From the NCBI GenBank assembly GCA_963674535.1, contig OY771363.1, positions 348,719-412,718 on the forward strand: a DNA stretch of 64,000 bases, written 5' to 3'. Source of the stretch: Christensenellaceae bacterium. GTDB lineage: Bacteria; Bacillota; Clostridia; Christensenellales; CAG-138. Made by a program: the position numbers and the translations under genes. The notes under the pieces are model-generated. The model had not been told where the DNA came from and made no database searches. It worked only from the letters and a program-made list of their open reading frames with translations. Below, one piece after another: positions 44,440 to 53,779 of the stretch (positions within the stretch are counted from its first letter, which is position 1; every line of letters starts with the position of its first letter).

Positions 44440-45585
44440 ATGCGCATCGGTATCCTGGGAGGCACGTTTAACCCAATCCACAGCGCGCACGTGCAGATGG
44501 CGCAGATCGCCAGAAATGAGGCGTCGCTGGATCGGGTGCTGCTCATGGTTGCGGCCGACCCGCCGCACAAGCGCGTGGAGGGCGAAGTGCCCGCCGAAGT
44601 CCGGCTGGAACTGGTACAGCTGGCCGCGCAGAACGAAGAACGCGTGGAACCCAGCGATCTGGAACTGCGGCGCGGCGGCAAGAGCTACACGCTGGATACC
44701 TTGCTGGAACTGCAAAAGCAATACCCCGGCGCGGAACTCTTTCTGGTGCTCGGCAGCGATACGCTGGGCGATTTGCCGAACTGGCACAAGCCGGAAGAAG
44801 TGCTCAAAATCGCTTCCGTGCTGTGCGTGCCGCGCATCGGACTATGCGAAAACGACGCCGAAACGGCCAGGGAACTCGCGACCCGCTACGGCGCGAAGAT
44901 TCGTCTGCTCAGCGGCAAGGCCGACCGGATTTCCTCTACGGAGGTTCGCGGCCGCCTGGAAGAGGGGCTGGATACCACGGGGCTCCTGCCGGACGCGGTG
45001 GAACAGGCCTGCTACGAAAGCGGCGTGTATTTTCCGCCGGAGATTCAAAAGATGCAGCAAAAGCTCCGCGCAGCGCTGAGCCAAAAGCGCTACCGGCACG
45101 TCTGCGGGACGATGCGCGCGGCGGCCTGTCTTTCTCAGGTTTGGAAGCAGGACGCGAAGAAGGCGCGCGTGGCTGCGCTGCTGCACGACTGCGCCAAGTG
45201 CCTAGATCCGTTAACGCAGGAGGTGCTCTCCGGCGACGATTCCGGCGTGTACCCCGTTTACCACGCGTTCGCGGGCGCGGTGCTGGCAAGGACGGAATAC
45301 GGCATTACGGACGATTCGATTCTCCGTGCCATCCGCCTGCACACCACGGGGGAGGACGGCATGACGGATTTCGACGCACTGGTCTATGCCGCAGATTTAA
45401 TTGAGCCGACGCGGACGTTTTCCAGCGTGGAAGAATACCGCAGGCGAGTCAACGACGGCGTGGACGCATTTATGCTGTACTCGCTGCAGCGTGTTTCGCG
45501 TTTGATCGCGCAGAGGGGCTGGGCGGTGCATCCGGCGAGCGCGCGGGCGCTCACTTACTATGAAAAGAAAGCGACCAACAAGTAA
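44440..45585 (+). CDS. nadD: Fusion protein: nicotinate-nucleotide adenylyltransferase (NadD) plus HD-domain YqeK-like phosphohydrolase
   Basis: N-terminal MRIGILGGTFNPIHSAHVQMA...ISSTEVR. The C-terminal half has RYRHVCGT...LLHDCAK...RLHTTG...AADLIEP, an HD/YqeK pattern. It is one uninterrupted ORF. Confidence 0.9.
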   Translation: MRIGILGGTFNPIHSAHVQMAQIARNEASLDRVLLMVAADPPHKRVEGEVPAEVRLELVQLAAQNEERVEPSDLELRRGGKSYTLDTLLELQKQYPGAELFLVLGSDTLGDLPNWHKPEEVLKIASVLCVPRIGLCENDAETARELATRYGAKIRLLSGKADRISSTEVRGRLEEGLDTTGLLPDAVEQACYESGVYFPPEIQKMQQKLRAALSQKRYRHVCGTMRAAACLSQVWKQDAKKARVAALLHDCAKCLDPLTQEVLSGDDSGVYPVYHAFAGAVLARTEYGITDDSILRAIRLHTTGEDGMTDFDALVYAADLIEPTRTFSSVEEYRRRVNDGVDAFMLYSLQRVSRLIAQRGWAVHPASARALTYYEKKATNK

Positions 45586-45668
45586 CCGATCGACGAAGAA
45601 CGTGTTACCATGCGCCTAAACAGGCGCACTCAGAAAAACGAAAGACAGAAATTATCGGAGGGAATTCA

Positions 45669-46055
45669 TTGGGCGAGAAAATAAGCGGCGACGCCATTCG
45701 GCAGCGGGCAGAGGGAATCTGCGAGATACTGTATAACAAAAAGGCACAGGACATCGTTGCCATTCATGTGGCGGACAAGACCATCATTGCGGACTGGTTC
45801 GTCATTTGCAGCGGGCGCGCGGTATCCCAGGTCAAGGCGCTTGCCGACGAACTGGACGAAAAAGCGCCCGCGCTGGGGCTGGATTTACGCAGAAGCGAAG
45901 GGTACACGGAAGGGAAATGGGTCGTTCTGGACTACGCGGATATCCTCGTGCACATCTTTTACCCCGAGGAGCGCAAGTACTATAATATGGAGCGCCTCTG
46001 GGACGAAGGCGGCGGCGCGATTCGCTATTCCGAGCAAAAGGACGCAAAAGCGTAA
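45669..46055 (+). CDS. rsfS: Ribosome silencing factor
   Basis: KKAQDIVAIHVADKTIIADWFVICSGRAVSQVKALADEL...W.VLDY.DILVHIFYPEERKYYNMERLW. TTG start. Confidence 0.9.
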   Translation: MGEKISGDAIRQRAEGICEILYNKKAQDIVAIHVADKTIIADWFVICSGRAVSQVKALADELDEKAPALGLDLRRSEGYTEGKWVVLDYADILVHIFYPEERKYYNMERLWDEGGGAIRYSEQKDAKA

Positions 46056-46097
46056 GCCGCCCAGAAGCAACGCAAACACGCAAAGGAGGCGAGTTCG

Positions 46098-46310
46098 GTG
46101 GAGGAAGTGGAACTCCGGGGAATTGTCAAACGGTTTGCGCAGTCCGGCTGGGATTTAATCGCCCAACCGGCAAAAGAGTATCTCGACGGGGCGGACTGCC
46201 GGGAAGAGCTGGTGGAAGCCGTCCTTCAGGCGGACGAGGAATGCGGCTCCTGCGGCTGCGAATACGACGCGCTGTACAAGCGCTTTCTGGCGCTGATAGA
46301 CGAGCAGTAA
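46098..46310 (+). CDS. Small hypothetical protein (70 aa) with a CGSCGC motif
   Basis: GTG start 8 nt after AAGGAGG, and a strong terminator follows. No family recognised. Confidence 0.55.
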   Translation: MEEVELRGIVKRFAQSGWDLIAQPAKEYLDGADCREELVEAVLQADEECGSCGCEYDALYKRFLALIDEQ

Positions 46311-46327
46311 TCAAACGGTGTGCAAAT

Positions 46328-46365
46328 GCACGGCGCTGCGGATTTTCGCACGCCGTGCTTTTTTT
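46328..46365 (+). terminator. Intrinsic terminator
   Basis: GCACGGCG-loop-CGCCGTGC followed by TTTTTTT. Confidence 0.8.
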
Positions 46366-46449
46366 ATGCGACTTTTGAAAAATTTGCAAACGATCTGCAA
46401 CGAATTCGGGAATTGCCCAGTGTTATAGATAGAGAAGGGGTTTGGCCGT

Positions 46450-46478
46450 TTGCAAAGGAAAAGTGATTGTGGCATACT
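46450..46478 (+). promoter_or_regulatory. Sigma-70-like promoter for the 1235-aa surface protein
   Basis: TTGCAA, 17 nt, CATACT. Confidence 0.45.
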
Positions 46479-46617
46479 GAGACTGCCGAAACCGATAACG
46501 GATCGATTTGAACGAATCAACTGCGATTACCTGTACGCAGCGACCGGTCATTCCAGATAAAAAAGAAGACCCCTGTGGGAATCAAACCTCTTTCGTTACC
46601 CACGGAAAGGAGCGTTT

Positions 46618-49600
46618 ATGAAACCATCGAGAGGACGCCTGTTGAGGATGCTCGCCGCGCTTGCGGCGGTAATGCTTGTGTTTAGCGCGTCTGTTTCGCT
46701 TGCGGCCGGGGAAACGGCGGTTACGATTACCGGCGTGAGCGTTGCCGGCAAAACCTACGACGGCGATCCCGCCGTATCGAGCGGCACACCGGTTGCAAAA
46801 GACGGCGACACTACGGTGAGCATCTCCTCCGGCGATTATGTCTATGCTTACTCCAGCACCGACGGCGGCGGATATTCCTCCGCAACCCCGCCGACGGACG
46901 CGGGCGAATACAAGCTCGTCGTCTCCGTTTCCAACGGCACCTATGCGGGGCAGAGCGCGGATATTCCGTTTACCATCGCCAAAGCAACCCTTACGATCCT
47001 CCCGGCGGTGAGCGTCAGCCGTATTTCGGGGCTAGCCAACCCCACGTTCAGCTATACGTCCTCCGGCGCGGTCTCTGGCCAGACTCCGGCGTTTACCGGG
47101 AGCCTCGCGGGGGACGCGAGCGCCGCCTCGACCGAGGGCGTTTATAACATAACCCTCGGCACACTCGCGCCAGCGGACAGCGGCACGTTTCTGGCAAAGA
47201 ACTATACGCTTTCGCTCGTTTCCGGCGCGGCATACCGCGTCTATAACTACATCACTGACGCTGTGGCAACCGTTTCGAGCGACAACCTCGGTGAAAACGG
47301 CATCTATACCGGCAACGTAACCTTAACGGCACCCGCCGGGTATGAAATCGCGCTGGCGCCCAGCGGAGCATGGGGCGCGACCGCCACCAAGACGGACTGC
47401 GTGACCGGCTCGAACGCGGTGTATTACTACCTGCGTGTATCCGGCGGAACCAGCGACGGCGCAATCTCCGAGCGCAAGGCCGTCGTGGTGCGCTATGACG
47501 CGACGGCTCCCGCCGTTACGCTGTATTCGCCTTTGAGCGGGTCAACCAATGCGGCCATCGGCGCAAACCAGAAGATCATCCTCGCGGCAACCGAGCCCGT
47601 TTCGGCGGTCTCCGGCAAAACCTTGACCGTCAACGACGGTTCGGCCGACTATACCGCCTCCGTAACAGCTGCGTCGCTGGTTGGCGATTCCTCCAGCGGG
47701 CTTTGGTATTACGTGTTCGACTTAACCGACTTTTCGCCCGCGCTGACGCTCGCCAACGCGACGCTTTACACCGTTTCTGTTCAGGCGGGCGCATTTGCCG
47801 ACCGCGCGGGAAATCCAAGCGCGTTTTCTGATGCGCAGTTTACCACCGTCGCGGCGGACGCGCTGACCGACCCCGTTGCCGTTGTGTTTACGCCCGCCAA
47901 CGCGCAGCTCAGCGTTCGCGCAGGCGACACGCCTGTTGCCAGCGGTCAGGCGTTGGAACGCAGCACGACTATTACCTTCAACGCGCCCTCGGACGCGGGC
48001 TTTACCCAGCAGAAGACCGCTCTTGTTGACGGTTCGTCCGCGGACGTCTCGCTGGACAGCTATGCGCTCACGGGTGATTTGGAAGTGTATTACACCCGCA
48101 CGCCCGGCGCGTTCGGTGGAACGGCATCAATCACCGGCACTGCCAAAGCGGGCGAAACGCTGAGCGGCTCGGTGCAGAGCCCCACGCAGACAAACGATTA
48201 TTACTGGACTTTTAACTGGTACCGCAACGAATCCGGCGGCGGCAGCACGCTGCTGGCTTCCGGCGGAAGCTCTACCACCTATACGCTCACCGCGGCGGAT
48301 ATCGGCAAGACCATCCGCCTGGAAGTGACGGATGCGTTCTGCTCCGGCACGCTCCCCGCCGTTTCCGCGACGGTTGACAAAGCAGACTACGCGGGTAGCG
48401 CCGCGCCCGCGCCAACGGTTGCGTCGCTGACGGAAACCAGCGTGACGCTGAATACCATGAGCGGGTATCAGTATTCGCGCGGCGGAACGGACTGGCAGGA
48501 CAGCGCTTCGTTTACCGGGCTGAACAGCGGTTCGAACTATTCGTTCTATCTGCGCGTCAAGGCGACGGACTACGTTTCTGCCTCCGCAGCCGGAGCCGCG
48601 GCTTCGGTTTCCACCATCTCCGGATTGTCGGGAACAGTGCAGTTTACAAGCCCTGTGCAGTCCGGCGTCAAGCTCACGGCTTCGCTTGCGAGTTCCAACA
48701 ACACCGGCACCTTGACGTATAACTGGTACCGCGGCGCGACCCATCGCGGCAGCGGGGCGGAGTTTACGCCAGCGGCGGAGGACGTCGATCAGACGCTGAC
48801 GGTTCAGGTGACCAGCAGCGTCCAGACAGGAACGCTCACCGGCACGACGGGCACCGTTCTGCGCGCGGTCTGTTCCAAGCCGACGCCAGCCGCGCCGACG
48901 CGCGCTTCCGCAACGGCCACGAGCATCACCCTCAACGCGACCGACGGCTACGAGTACTCGCGCGATCAGGTTAACTGGCAGAGCACGACGACGTTCCATG
49001 ACCTCGCCGCCGGGACGAGCTACAACTTCTACCAGCGCGTCAAGCAGACCGCAACGGAACTGGCTTCGGCTTCGAGCCCCGCGGCTTCGCTCTCCACGCA
49101 GCCCGTGCTCACGGGCGTGATTATGACCTCCGGCGAAGCGAGGTACGGCATTACGATTCTCGCCAACCTCGCCAACAACAACAATACCTCCGGCGAACTC
49201 GTCTATACCTGGAAGCGCGGCAACGTGCAGGTTGGAACCGGAACGAGCTACGTGGTGGGCGCCATCGATATTGGAAACCAGTTGACGCTGGAAGTAACGA
49301 GCACCGTACTCGGCGGCACGATTGCGCGCTCGTTCGGCACGGTCGCCAAGGCGTACTACTATGGCGATACACCCGCGGCGCCGACGCGCGCCAGCCGCAC
49401 AACAACGAAGATTGTGCTCAAGGCCGTCAGCGGGTGCGAATATTCCCGCAACGGCACGACCTGGCAGGATAGCACCACGTTCTCCGGCTTGAAGGAAGGC
49501 ACGTCCTATACCTTCTACCAGCGATACAAGGCGACCACGACGATGGAAGCTTCGCCGACGAGCGCCGCGCTGAAGACGTCTACTTACACCGATTCTTCGG

Positions 49601-50325
49601 ACGACACGACCACCAGCGGCACCACGACGCCTACTCCGACGCCGGGCAGCAGCGACTCCGGAACCGCGCTCTATAGCTACACGCTCACGAGCGACGACAC
49701 GCGGATTCTCTACTCCGTGATGAAGAATCTTGCTAACGGCAACAAGACCAAGGACGTCGTCATCAAGCAGAGCAATGTGGAGTTTACGTTCCCAAAGGGC
49801 ACGATGACGGACACCTACACCAAGCTCTGGTACGACTTTGGGGCATCCATCAACAACTCCATCGCCGAACAGACCGCAAAGCAACTGGCGGGCGACGCGT
49901 ATGTTGCAACGATTCATTATAACTACGATGGCGAACTGCCCGGCACGGCGAATATCCGCATCTGGCTCGGAGCGGCGAATGCCGGCAAGACGCTGTATTA
50001 CTACAGGCTGGAGGACGACAAGTCGCTTTCGTTTATACAGACCGCCGTTGCGGACAGCACGGGCTGGGTTACGGTGACGCAGAAGAGTTGCTCGGACTAC
50101 GTGTTCCTCAGTAAAGACCTGCTCAACGCAGTCACGACCCCCGCGCCGACAAGCAGCGCAAGCGCCGCTCTATCCGCAACGCCTACGCCGCTCGTTACGG
50201 CGGACGTTCCGCCCGTGGGCGGGCTTTCCGCGGAGGGATGGTTCATTGCGGCAATCGTTCTGATCGCCATCATCCTGATTGTCGGCGGCATCTGGCTCTA
50301 CACGAAGAACCGCGACGAGTATTGA
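46618..50325 (+). CDS. Large cell-surface protein (MBG/YDG-type N-terminal domains, alternating repeat modules, C-terminal TM anchor)
   Basis: Signal peptide. KTYDGDP...AGEYKL and NYTL...V patterns. Three A/B module pairs: A carries LTYNWYRG...DIG..LTLEVTS, and B is Fn3-like (TSITLNA..GYEYS....WQ.S..F.GL..GTSY.FY.R.K). Thr-rich linker. C-terminal TM (WFIAAIVLIAIILIVGGIWLY) plus KNRDEY. No LPXTG. Confidence 0.85.
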   Translation: MKPSRGRLLRMLAALAAVMLVFSASVSLAAGETAVTITGVSVAGKTYDGDPAVSSGTPVAKDGDTTVSISSGDYVYAYSSTDGGGYSSATPPTDAGEYKLVVSVSNGTYAGQSADIPFTIAKATLTILPAVSVSRISGLANPTFSYTSSGAVSGQTPAFTGSLAGDASAASTEGVYNITLGTLAPADSGTFLAKNYTLSLVSGAAYRVYNYITDAVATVSSDNLGENGIYTGNVTLTAPAGYEIALAPSGAWGATATKTDCVTGSNAVYYYLRVSGGTSDGAISERKAVVVRYDATAPAVTLYSPLSGSTNAAIGANQKIILAATEPVSAVSGKTLTVNDGSADYTASVTAASLVGDSSSGLWYYVFDLTDFSPALTLANATLYTVSVQAGAFADRAGNPSAFSDAQFTTVAADALTDPVAVVFTPANAQLSVRAGDTPVASGQALERSTTITFNAPSDAGFTQQKTALVDGSSADVSLDSYALTGDLEVYYTRTPGAFGGTASITGTAKAGETLSGSVQSPTQTNDYYWTFNWYRNESGGGSTLLASGGSSTTYTLTAADIGKTIRLEVTDAFCSGTLPAVSATVDKADYAGSAAPAPTVASLTETSVTLNTMSGYQYSRGGTDWQDSASFTGLNSGSNYSFYLRVKATDYVSASAAGAAASVSTISGLSGTVQFTSPVQSGVKLTASLASSNNTGTLTYNWYRGATHRGSGAEFTPAAEDVDQTLTVQVTSSVQTGTLTGTTGTVLRAVCSKPTPAAPTRASATATSITLNATDGYEYSRDQVNWQSTTTFHDLAAGTSYNFYQRVKQTATELASASSPAASLSTQPVLTGVIMTSGEARYGITILANLANNNNTSGELVYTWKRGNVQVGTGTSYVVGAIDIGNQLTLEVTSTVLGGTIARSFGTVAKAYYYGDTPAAPTRASRTTTKIVLKAVSGCEYSRNGTTWQDSTTFSGLKEGTSYTFYQRYKATTTMEASPTSAALKTSTYTDSSDDTTTSGTTTPTPTPGSSDSGTALYSYTLTSDDTRILYSVMKNLANGNKTKDVVIKQSNVEFTFPKGTMTDTYTKLWYDFGASINNSIAEQTAKQLAGDAYVATIHYNYDGELPGTANIRIWLGAANAGKTLYYYRLEDDKSLSFIQTAVADSTGWVTVTQKSCSDYVFLSKDLLNAVTTPAPTSSASAALSATPTPLVTADVPPVGGLSAEGWFIAAIVLIAIILIVGGIWLYTKNRDEY

Positions 50326-50350
50326 TCCCGAGACAGACTTGATTCGGCAG

Positions 50351-50382
50351 GGGCGGAGTTGAAAGAGACTCCGCCCTTTTTT
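50351..50382 (+). terminator. Intrinsic terminator
   Basis: GGGCGGAGT-loop-ACTCCGCCC followed by TTTTTT. Confidence 0.8.
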
Positions 50383-50499
50383 CTGCCGCGCGAGCAAGGG
50401 AAATAACAGGCTTTGACGGTATGTTCATCTTCGGCGCAATGCTTTATAATGGAACCGACAGCCAACGGGTTCCTACAAAACCATCAAGGAGCGGCAAAC

Positions 50500-50919
50500 G
50501 TGAAAACAAAAGATTTGACCGACGAAGTGCGCAAAGCGTCCAACTTTGACCGTGTTCTGGAGCGCTGCAAATCGGAATTTGTGGAAGAGGACTTCACGCG
50601 CTACCTCGAAACGCTGATGGAAGCGCACAGCATCTCCAAGACGAACCTGATCATCCGCGCGAACATGGATAAGGGCTATGCCTATCAGATTTTTCGCGGG
50701 GAGCGCGCGCCTTCACGCGAAGTCCTGCTTAAAATTGCCATCGGGCTTTCGGCCACGCTGGAAGAGACGAAGATGCTGCTGCAGTTCGGCGGCAAGAGCG
50801 AGCTCTACCCGCGCGTCAAGCGGGATGCGGCGATCCTGTTTTGTCTGGAGAAGGGGTATTCCATCATCGACACGCAGATTTTTCTCTCCGACCGGAACCT
50901 GCCGCTGCTGAAAGAGTAA
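50500..50919 (+). CDS. XRE-type helix-turn-helix regulator
   Basis: GTG start after AAGGAGC. ISKTNLIIRANMDKGYAYQIFRGERAPSREVLLKIAIGL is an HTH_XRE-like segment. Confidence 0.7.
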   Translation: MKTKDLTDEVRKASNFDRVLERCKSEFVEEDFTRYLETLMEAHSISKTNLIIRANMDKGYAYQIFRGERAPSREVLLKIAIGLSATLEETKMLLQFGGKSELYPRVKRDAAILFCLEKGYSIIDTQIFLSDRNLPLLKE

Positions 50920-50963
50920 GTACCGGCAGGCGAACGCGGCATGTTTGATTTGGAGGGTGAATT

Positions 50964-51851
50964 ATGGATATGAAGCAGATCAGCCCGGAAACGCGCAGGC
51001 GTCTGGAGGACTTCCAGCGGGACGAAATCACCGGCAGTGTGCTTTACGCAAAGATCGCCCGGCGGCAGAAGGACGAAAACAACAAGCGCGCCTTTGAGGA
51101 GATTTCCAAAGCCGAGCGGAGCCATTACGAAATCTGGAAGGGCTATACCGGGCGGGAGATCACGCCGAACGGATTCCGCGTTGGCGCTTTTGCGCTGATG
51201 AGCCGGATTCTGGGCATTACGTTTACGCTGAAGCTCTTTGAAAAGTTCGAGGAAGCAGGCATACGCGAGCTGGAAGCGGTCGAACAGGAGTTCCCGGAGG
51301 TGCGCGCCATCATCGCCGAGGAGGAAGCGCACGAATCCCGCCTGATGGAGATGGTGGACGAGGAGCGCCTGCACTATGTTGGCGCAATCGTGCTGGGGCT
51401 CAACGACGCGCTCGTGGAGCTAACGGGCACCATAGCAGGGTTGACGTTCGCGCTGGCGAGCAACCGCCTTGTGGCGCTCTCCGGCATTATTACCGGCGTC
51501 TCCGCAACGCTCTCCATGGCGGCTTCCAACTACCTTTCCCAGCGCGCGGAGGGGAACCCCAAAGCGCTCAAGTCCAGCGCGTACACGGGAGTTGCTTACC
51601 TGCTGACGGTCATTCTGATCGTGCTGCCGTATCTGCTGCTGCCGAACGACTGGTATATCGCGGCGTTCGCCATCATGATTGCGGGCGTGATTCTCGTTAT
51701 CCTGTCGTTCAACTACTATATCTCCGTGGCGCAAGGCACGTCGTTTTGGAAGCGGTTCGGCGAAATGATGCTCATCAGCATGGGTGTTGCTGCGCTTTCG
51801 TTCGGCATCGGCCTTGCGGCAAAGGCGCTGCTTGGCATCAACGTTGGCTGA
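50964..51851 (+). CDS. VIT1/CCC1-family iron/manganese transporter with an N-terminal ferritin/rubrerythrin-like domain
   Basis: N-terminal E..G...Y......E......F.EIS.AE..H helices. Then GAIVLGLNDALVELTGTIAGL and C-terminal TM helices typical of the VIT family. Confidence 0.85.
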   Translation: MDMKQISPETRRRLEDFQRDEITGSVLYAKIARRQKDENNKRAFEEISKAERSHYEIWKGYTGREITPNGFRVGAFALMSRILGITFTLKLFEKFEEAGIRELEAVEQEFPEVRAIIAEEEAHESRLMEMVDEERLHYVGAIVLGLNDALVELTGTIAGLTFALASNRLVALSGIITGVSATLSMAASNYLSQRAEGNPKALKSSAYTGVAYLLTVILIVLPYLLLPNDWYIAAFAIMIAGVILVILSFNYYISVAQGTSFWKRFGEMMLISMGVAALSFGIGLAAKALLGINVG

Positions 51852-51864
51852 TTTGGTTCGAGTC

Positions 51865-51895
51865 AAAAAGCCCGCGAATTGCTCGCGGGCTTTTT
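51865..51895. terminator. Bidirectional terminator between the VIT gene (+) and the lyase gene (-)
   Basis: AAAAAGCCCGCGA-attgc-TCGCGGGCTTTTT. Confidence 0.8.
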
Positions 51896-51916
51896 CATAG
51901 ATACGCAGTGCGTTTC

Positions 51917-53365
51917 TTACAGGCTGTCGCCGAAATCGGCGCGGAATTTGGCAACGAGCCGATCCTGCCAGTCCCCGATGGGCTCCAGCCGGCCGAAGAA
52001 GAAGCGGAGCGTTGCGGGCTCTTCCACAAAGTTCAGGCCGCCAACGATCTTGCGGTTATCGAACAGCCAACTGATGCGGTCTACCGCGTAGAGCACCTGA
52101 CTCATGGTAAACACGCGGCGGGGGAGGGCGAGGCGCAGCAGTTCCATGCTCGCAATCGGCTCCGTGCCGTCCGGTTCGCGCTGCTCGGAGAGGGTGCCGC
52201 GCTCCATGCCGCGAACGCCACCAGAGATATAGACCGCCGAAGCGAGCGCCGCCGCGGGGTAGGCGTGCGCGTCCACATGGTCGAGGAACTTCCGCGCGTT
52301 GATATGGCAGCCGAGGCCGCCCGCCGGGGTGACCACCGGTACGCCGCGCTTTTTGAGCTCGCGCGCCATGAATTCGATGAACTGCGGCCCCTGGGAGATG
52401 ACGTCCTCGTCCATCGTCTCTTCCAGGCCGACGGTCATGGCTTCCATCTCGCGCACGCTCATGCCGCCGTAGGTCAAAAAGCCTTCGAACATCGGGATGT
52501 AATCCTTCATGCGCTCGTAGTAGGTTTGGTTGAACATTGCCATGCCGCCGCCGCGCGCAAAGCCGAGCTTGCGGGCGGAGAAGTAGATGATGTCCGCCTG
52601 CGCGCACATTTCGCTTGTGATGGCGCGGATGCTCATGTCCTTGCAGGCTGCTTCGCGCGTTTTAATGAAGTAGAGGTTGTCCTGCAGGAGGCTCGCGTCC
52701 AGCACGATCGGGATGCCGAACGAATGCGCCAGAGCGGCGGTCGCCTTGAGGTTTTCCAGCGAAAACGGCTGGCCGCCGATGAGGTTCGTTCCCGCTTCCA
52801 GACGGATGAACGGAATATGCTCCGCGCCGTTGCGGGCGATGCAATCCTTGAGCTTGGCGAGATCAATGTTGCCCTTGAACGGAAAATCGCTTTCGGGGTT
52901 CAGCCCCTCGTCGATGACGAGCTCCTCCACGCTGCCGCCCTTGCGCGTGATATGCGCCTTGCTGGTGGTGAAGTGGAAGTTCATGGGCACGACGTCGCCG
53001 GGCTTTACGAACGCTTCGGCAAGGATGCTCTCGCAGGCGCGCCCCTGGTGAGCGGGTAAAAAGAACTTGGTGCCGAAGAGCTCGTGAATCTTGCTCTCGA
53101 GCCGGTAGAAGGTTGCGCTGCCGGCGTAGCTGTCGTCTGCAATCATCATGCTCGCGGTCTGCTGGTCGCTCATGGCGTTGACGCCGCTGTCGGTGAGCAT
53201 ATCCAAAAAGACGTCCTGATTGCGCAGCAGAAACGTGTTGTTGCCCGCGGCGGCCATCGCCTTGGCGCGCTCTTCGATGGGCAGCAGGGTCAGCTTTTGA
53301 ACCACGCGCACCTTGTGCATCTCAAGAGGGATTTGTTCACCTGAAAACATGGATACTTTGGTCAT
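51917..53365 (-). CDS. Beta-eliminating lyase, tryptophanase / tyrosine phenol-lyase family (PLP-dependent)
   Basis: NTFLLRNQDVFLDMLTDSGVNAMSDQQ, HQGRACE and YFSARK (PLP-Lys region), with a length typical of TnaA/TPL. RBS GGAGGAG. Substrate specificity cannot be assigned by eye. Confidence 0.9.
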   Translation of the reverse strand: MTKVSMFSGEQIPLEMHKVRVVQKLTLLPIEERAKAMAAAGNNTFLLRNQDVFLDMLTDSGVNAMSDQQTASMMIADDSYAGSATFYRLESKIHELFGTKFFLPAHQGRACESILAEAFVKPGDVVPMNFHFTTSKAHITRKGGSVEELVIDEGLNPESDFPFKGNIDLAKLKDCIARNGAEHIPFIRLEAGTNLIGGQPFSLENLKATAALAHSFGIPIVLDASLLQDNLYFIKTREAACKDMSIRAITSEMCAQADIIYFSARKLGFARGGGMAMFNQTYYERMKDYIPMFEGFLTYGGMSVREMEAMTVGLEETMDEDVISQGPQFIEFMARELKKRGVPVVTPAGGLGCHINARKFLDHVDAHAYPAAALASAVYISGGVRGMERGTLSEQREPDGTEPIASMELLRLALPRRVFTMSQVLYAVDRISWLFDNRKIVGGLNFVEEPATLRFFFGRLEPIGDWQDRLVAKFRADFGDSL

Positions 53366-53773
53366 TGTTGTTCTCCTCCAAGCGCTTTGCTTTTTTCATA
53401 AAAAAACACCCTCCGGCCGTCTGGCTGAAGGGTGTTCTGTTCGGTAAAAAAAGAACCGCCCGCCTTGTTCGGCAAGAGGACGAATTTCTTCGCGGTACCA
53501 CCTCGGTTTGCCGCGCCCTTGCGGGATGCGGCCTCAACGGGTACGGACAGCACTGTTTTGCAAAATCGATACCCTGCCTTTGGTAACGGGGAGGAGCCCC
53601 GTCCGTCCCTACTCGGCATACTTGCGTTTCAGGCGGCGGCTGGTTGCGCGTATTCGCGGGGCGTTCCCTTCTGCCTTGCACCATCCGGCAGCTCTCTGAT
53701 GGGACGTTCTTGGGCCAAGGCCCGTTTTCCCGTTACTTCTTCGCAGTCATAGCCTTTGCTGTGTCCTAAATTA
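53366..53773 (-). promoter_or_regulatory. T-box riboswitch leader (specifier most likely UAC/Tyr) of the lyase gene
   Basis: Minus strand: UGCGAAGAAGUAACGGG, AG bulge AUCAGAGAG, distal loop GGAUGGUGCAAGG, specifier-loop candidate CGAAUACG (UAC = complement of 53650..53652) closed by UGCG/CGCA, and canonical T-box AACCGAGGUGGUACCGCG (complement of 53491..53508). Terminator-like hairpins with U7 lie at 53446..53481 and 53400..53436. Confidence 0.8.
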
Positions 53774-53779
53774 AGCACA

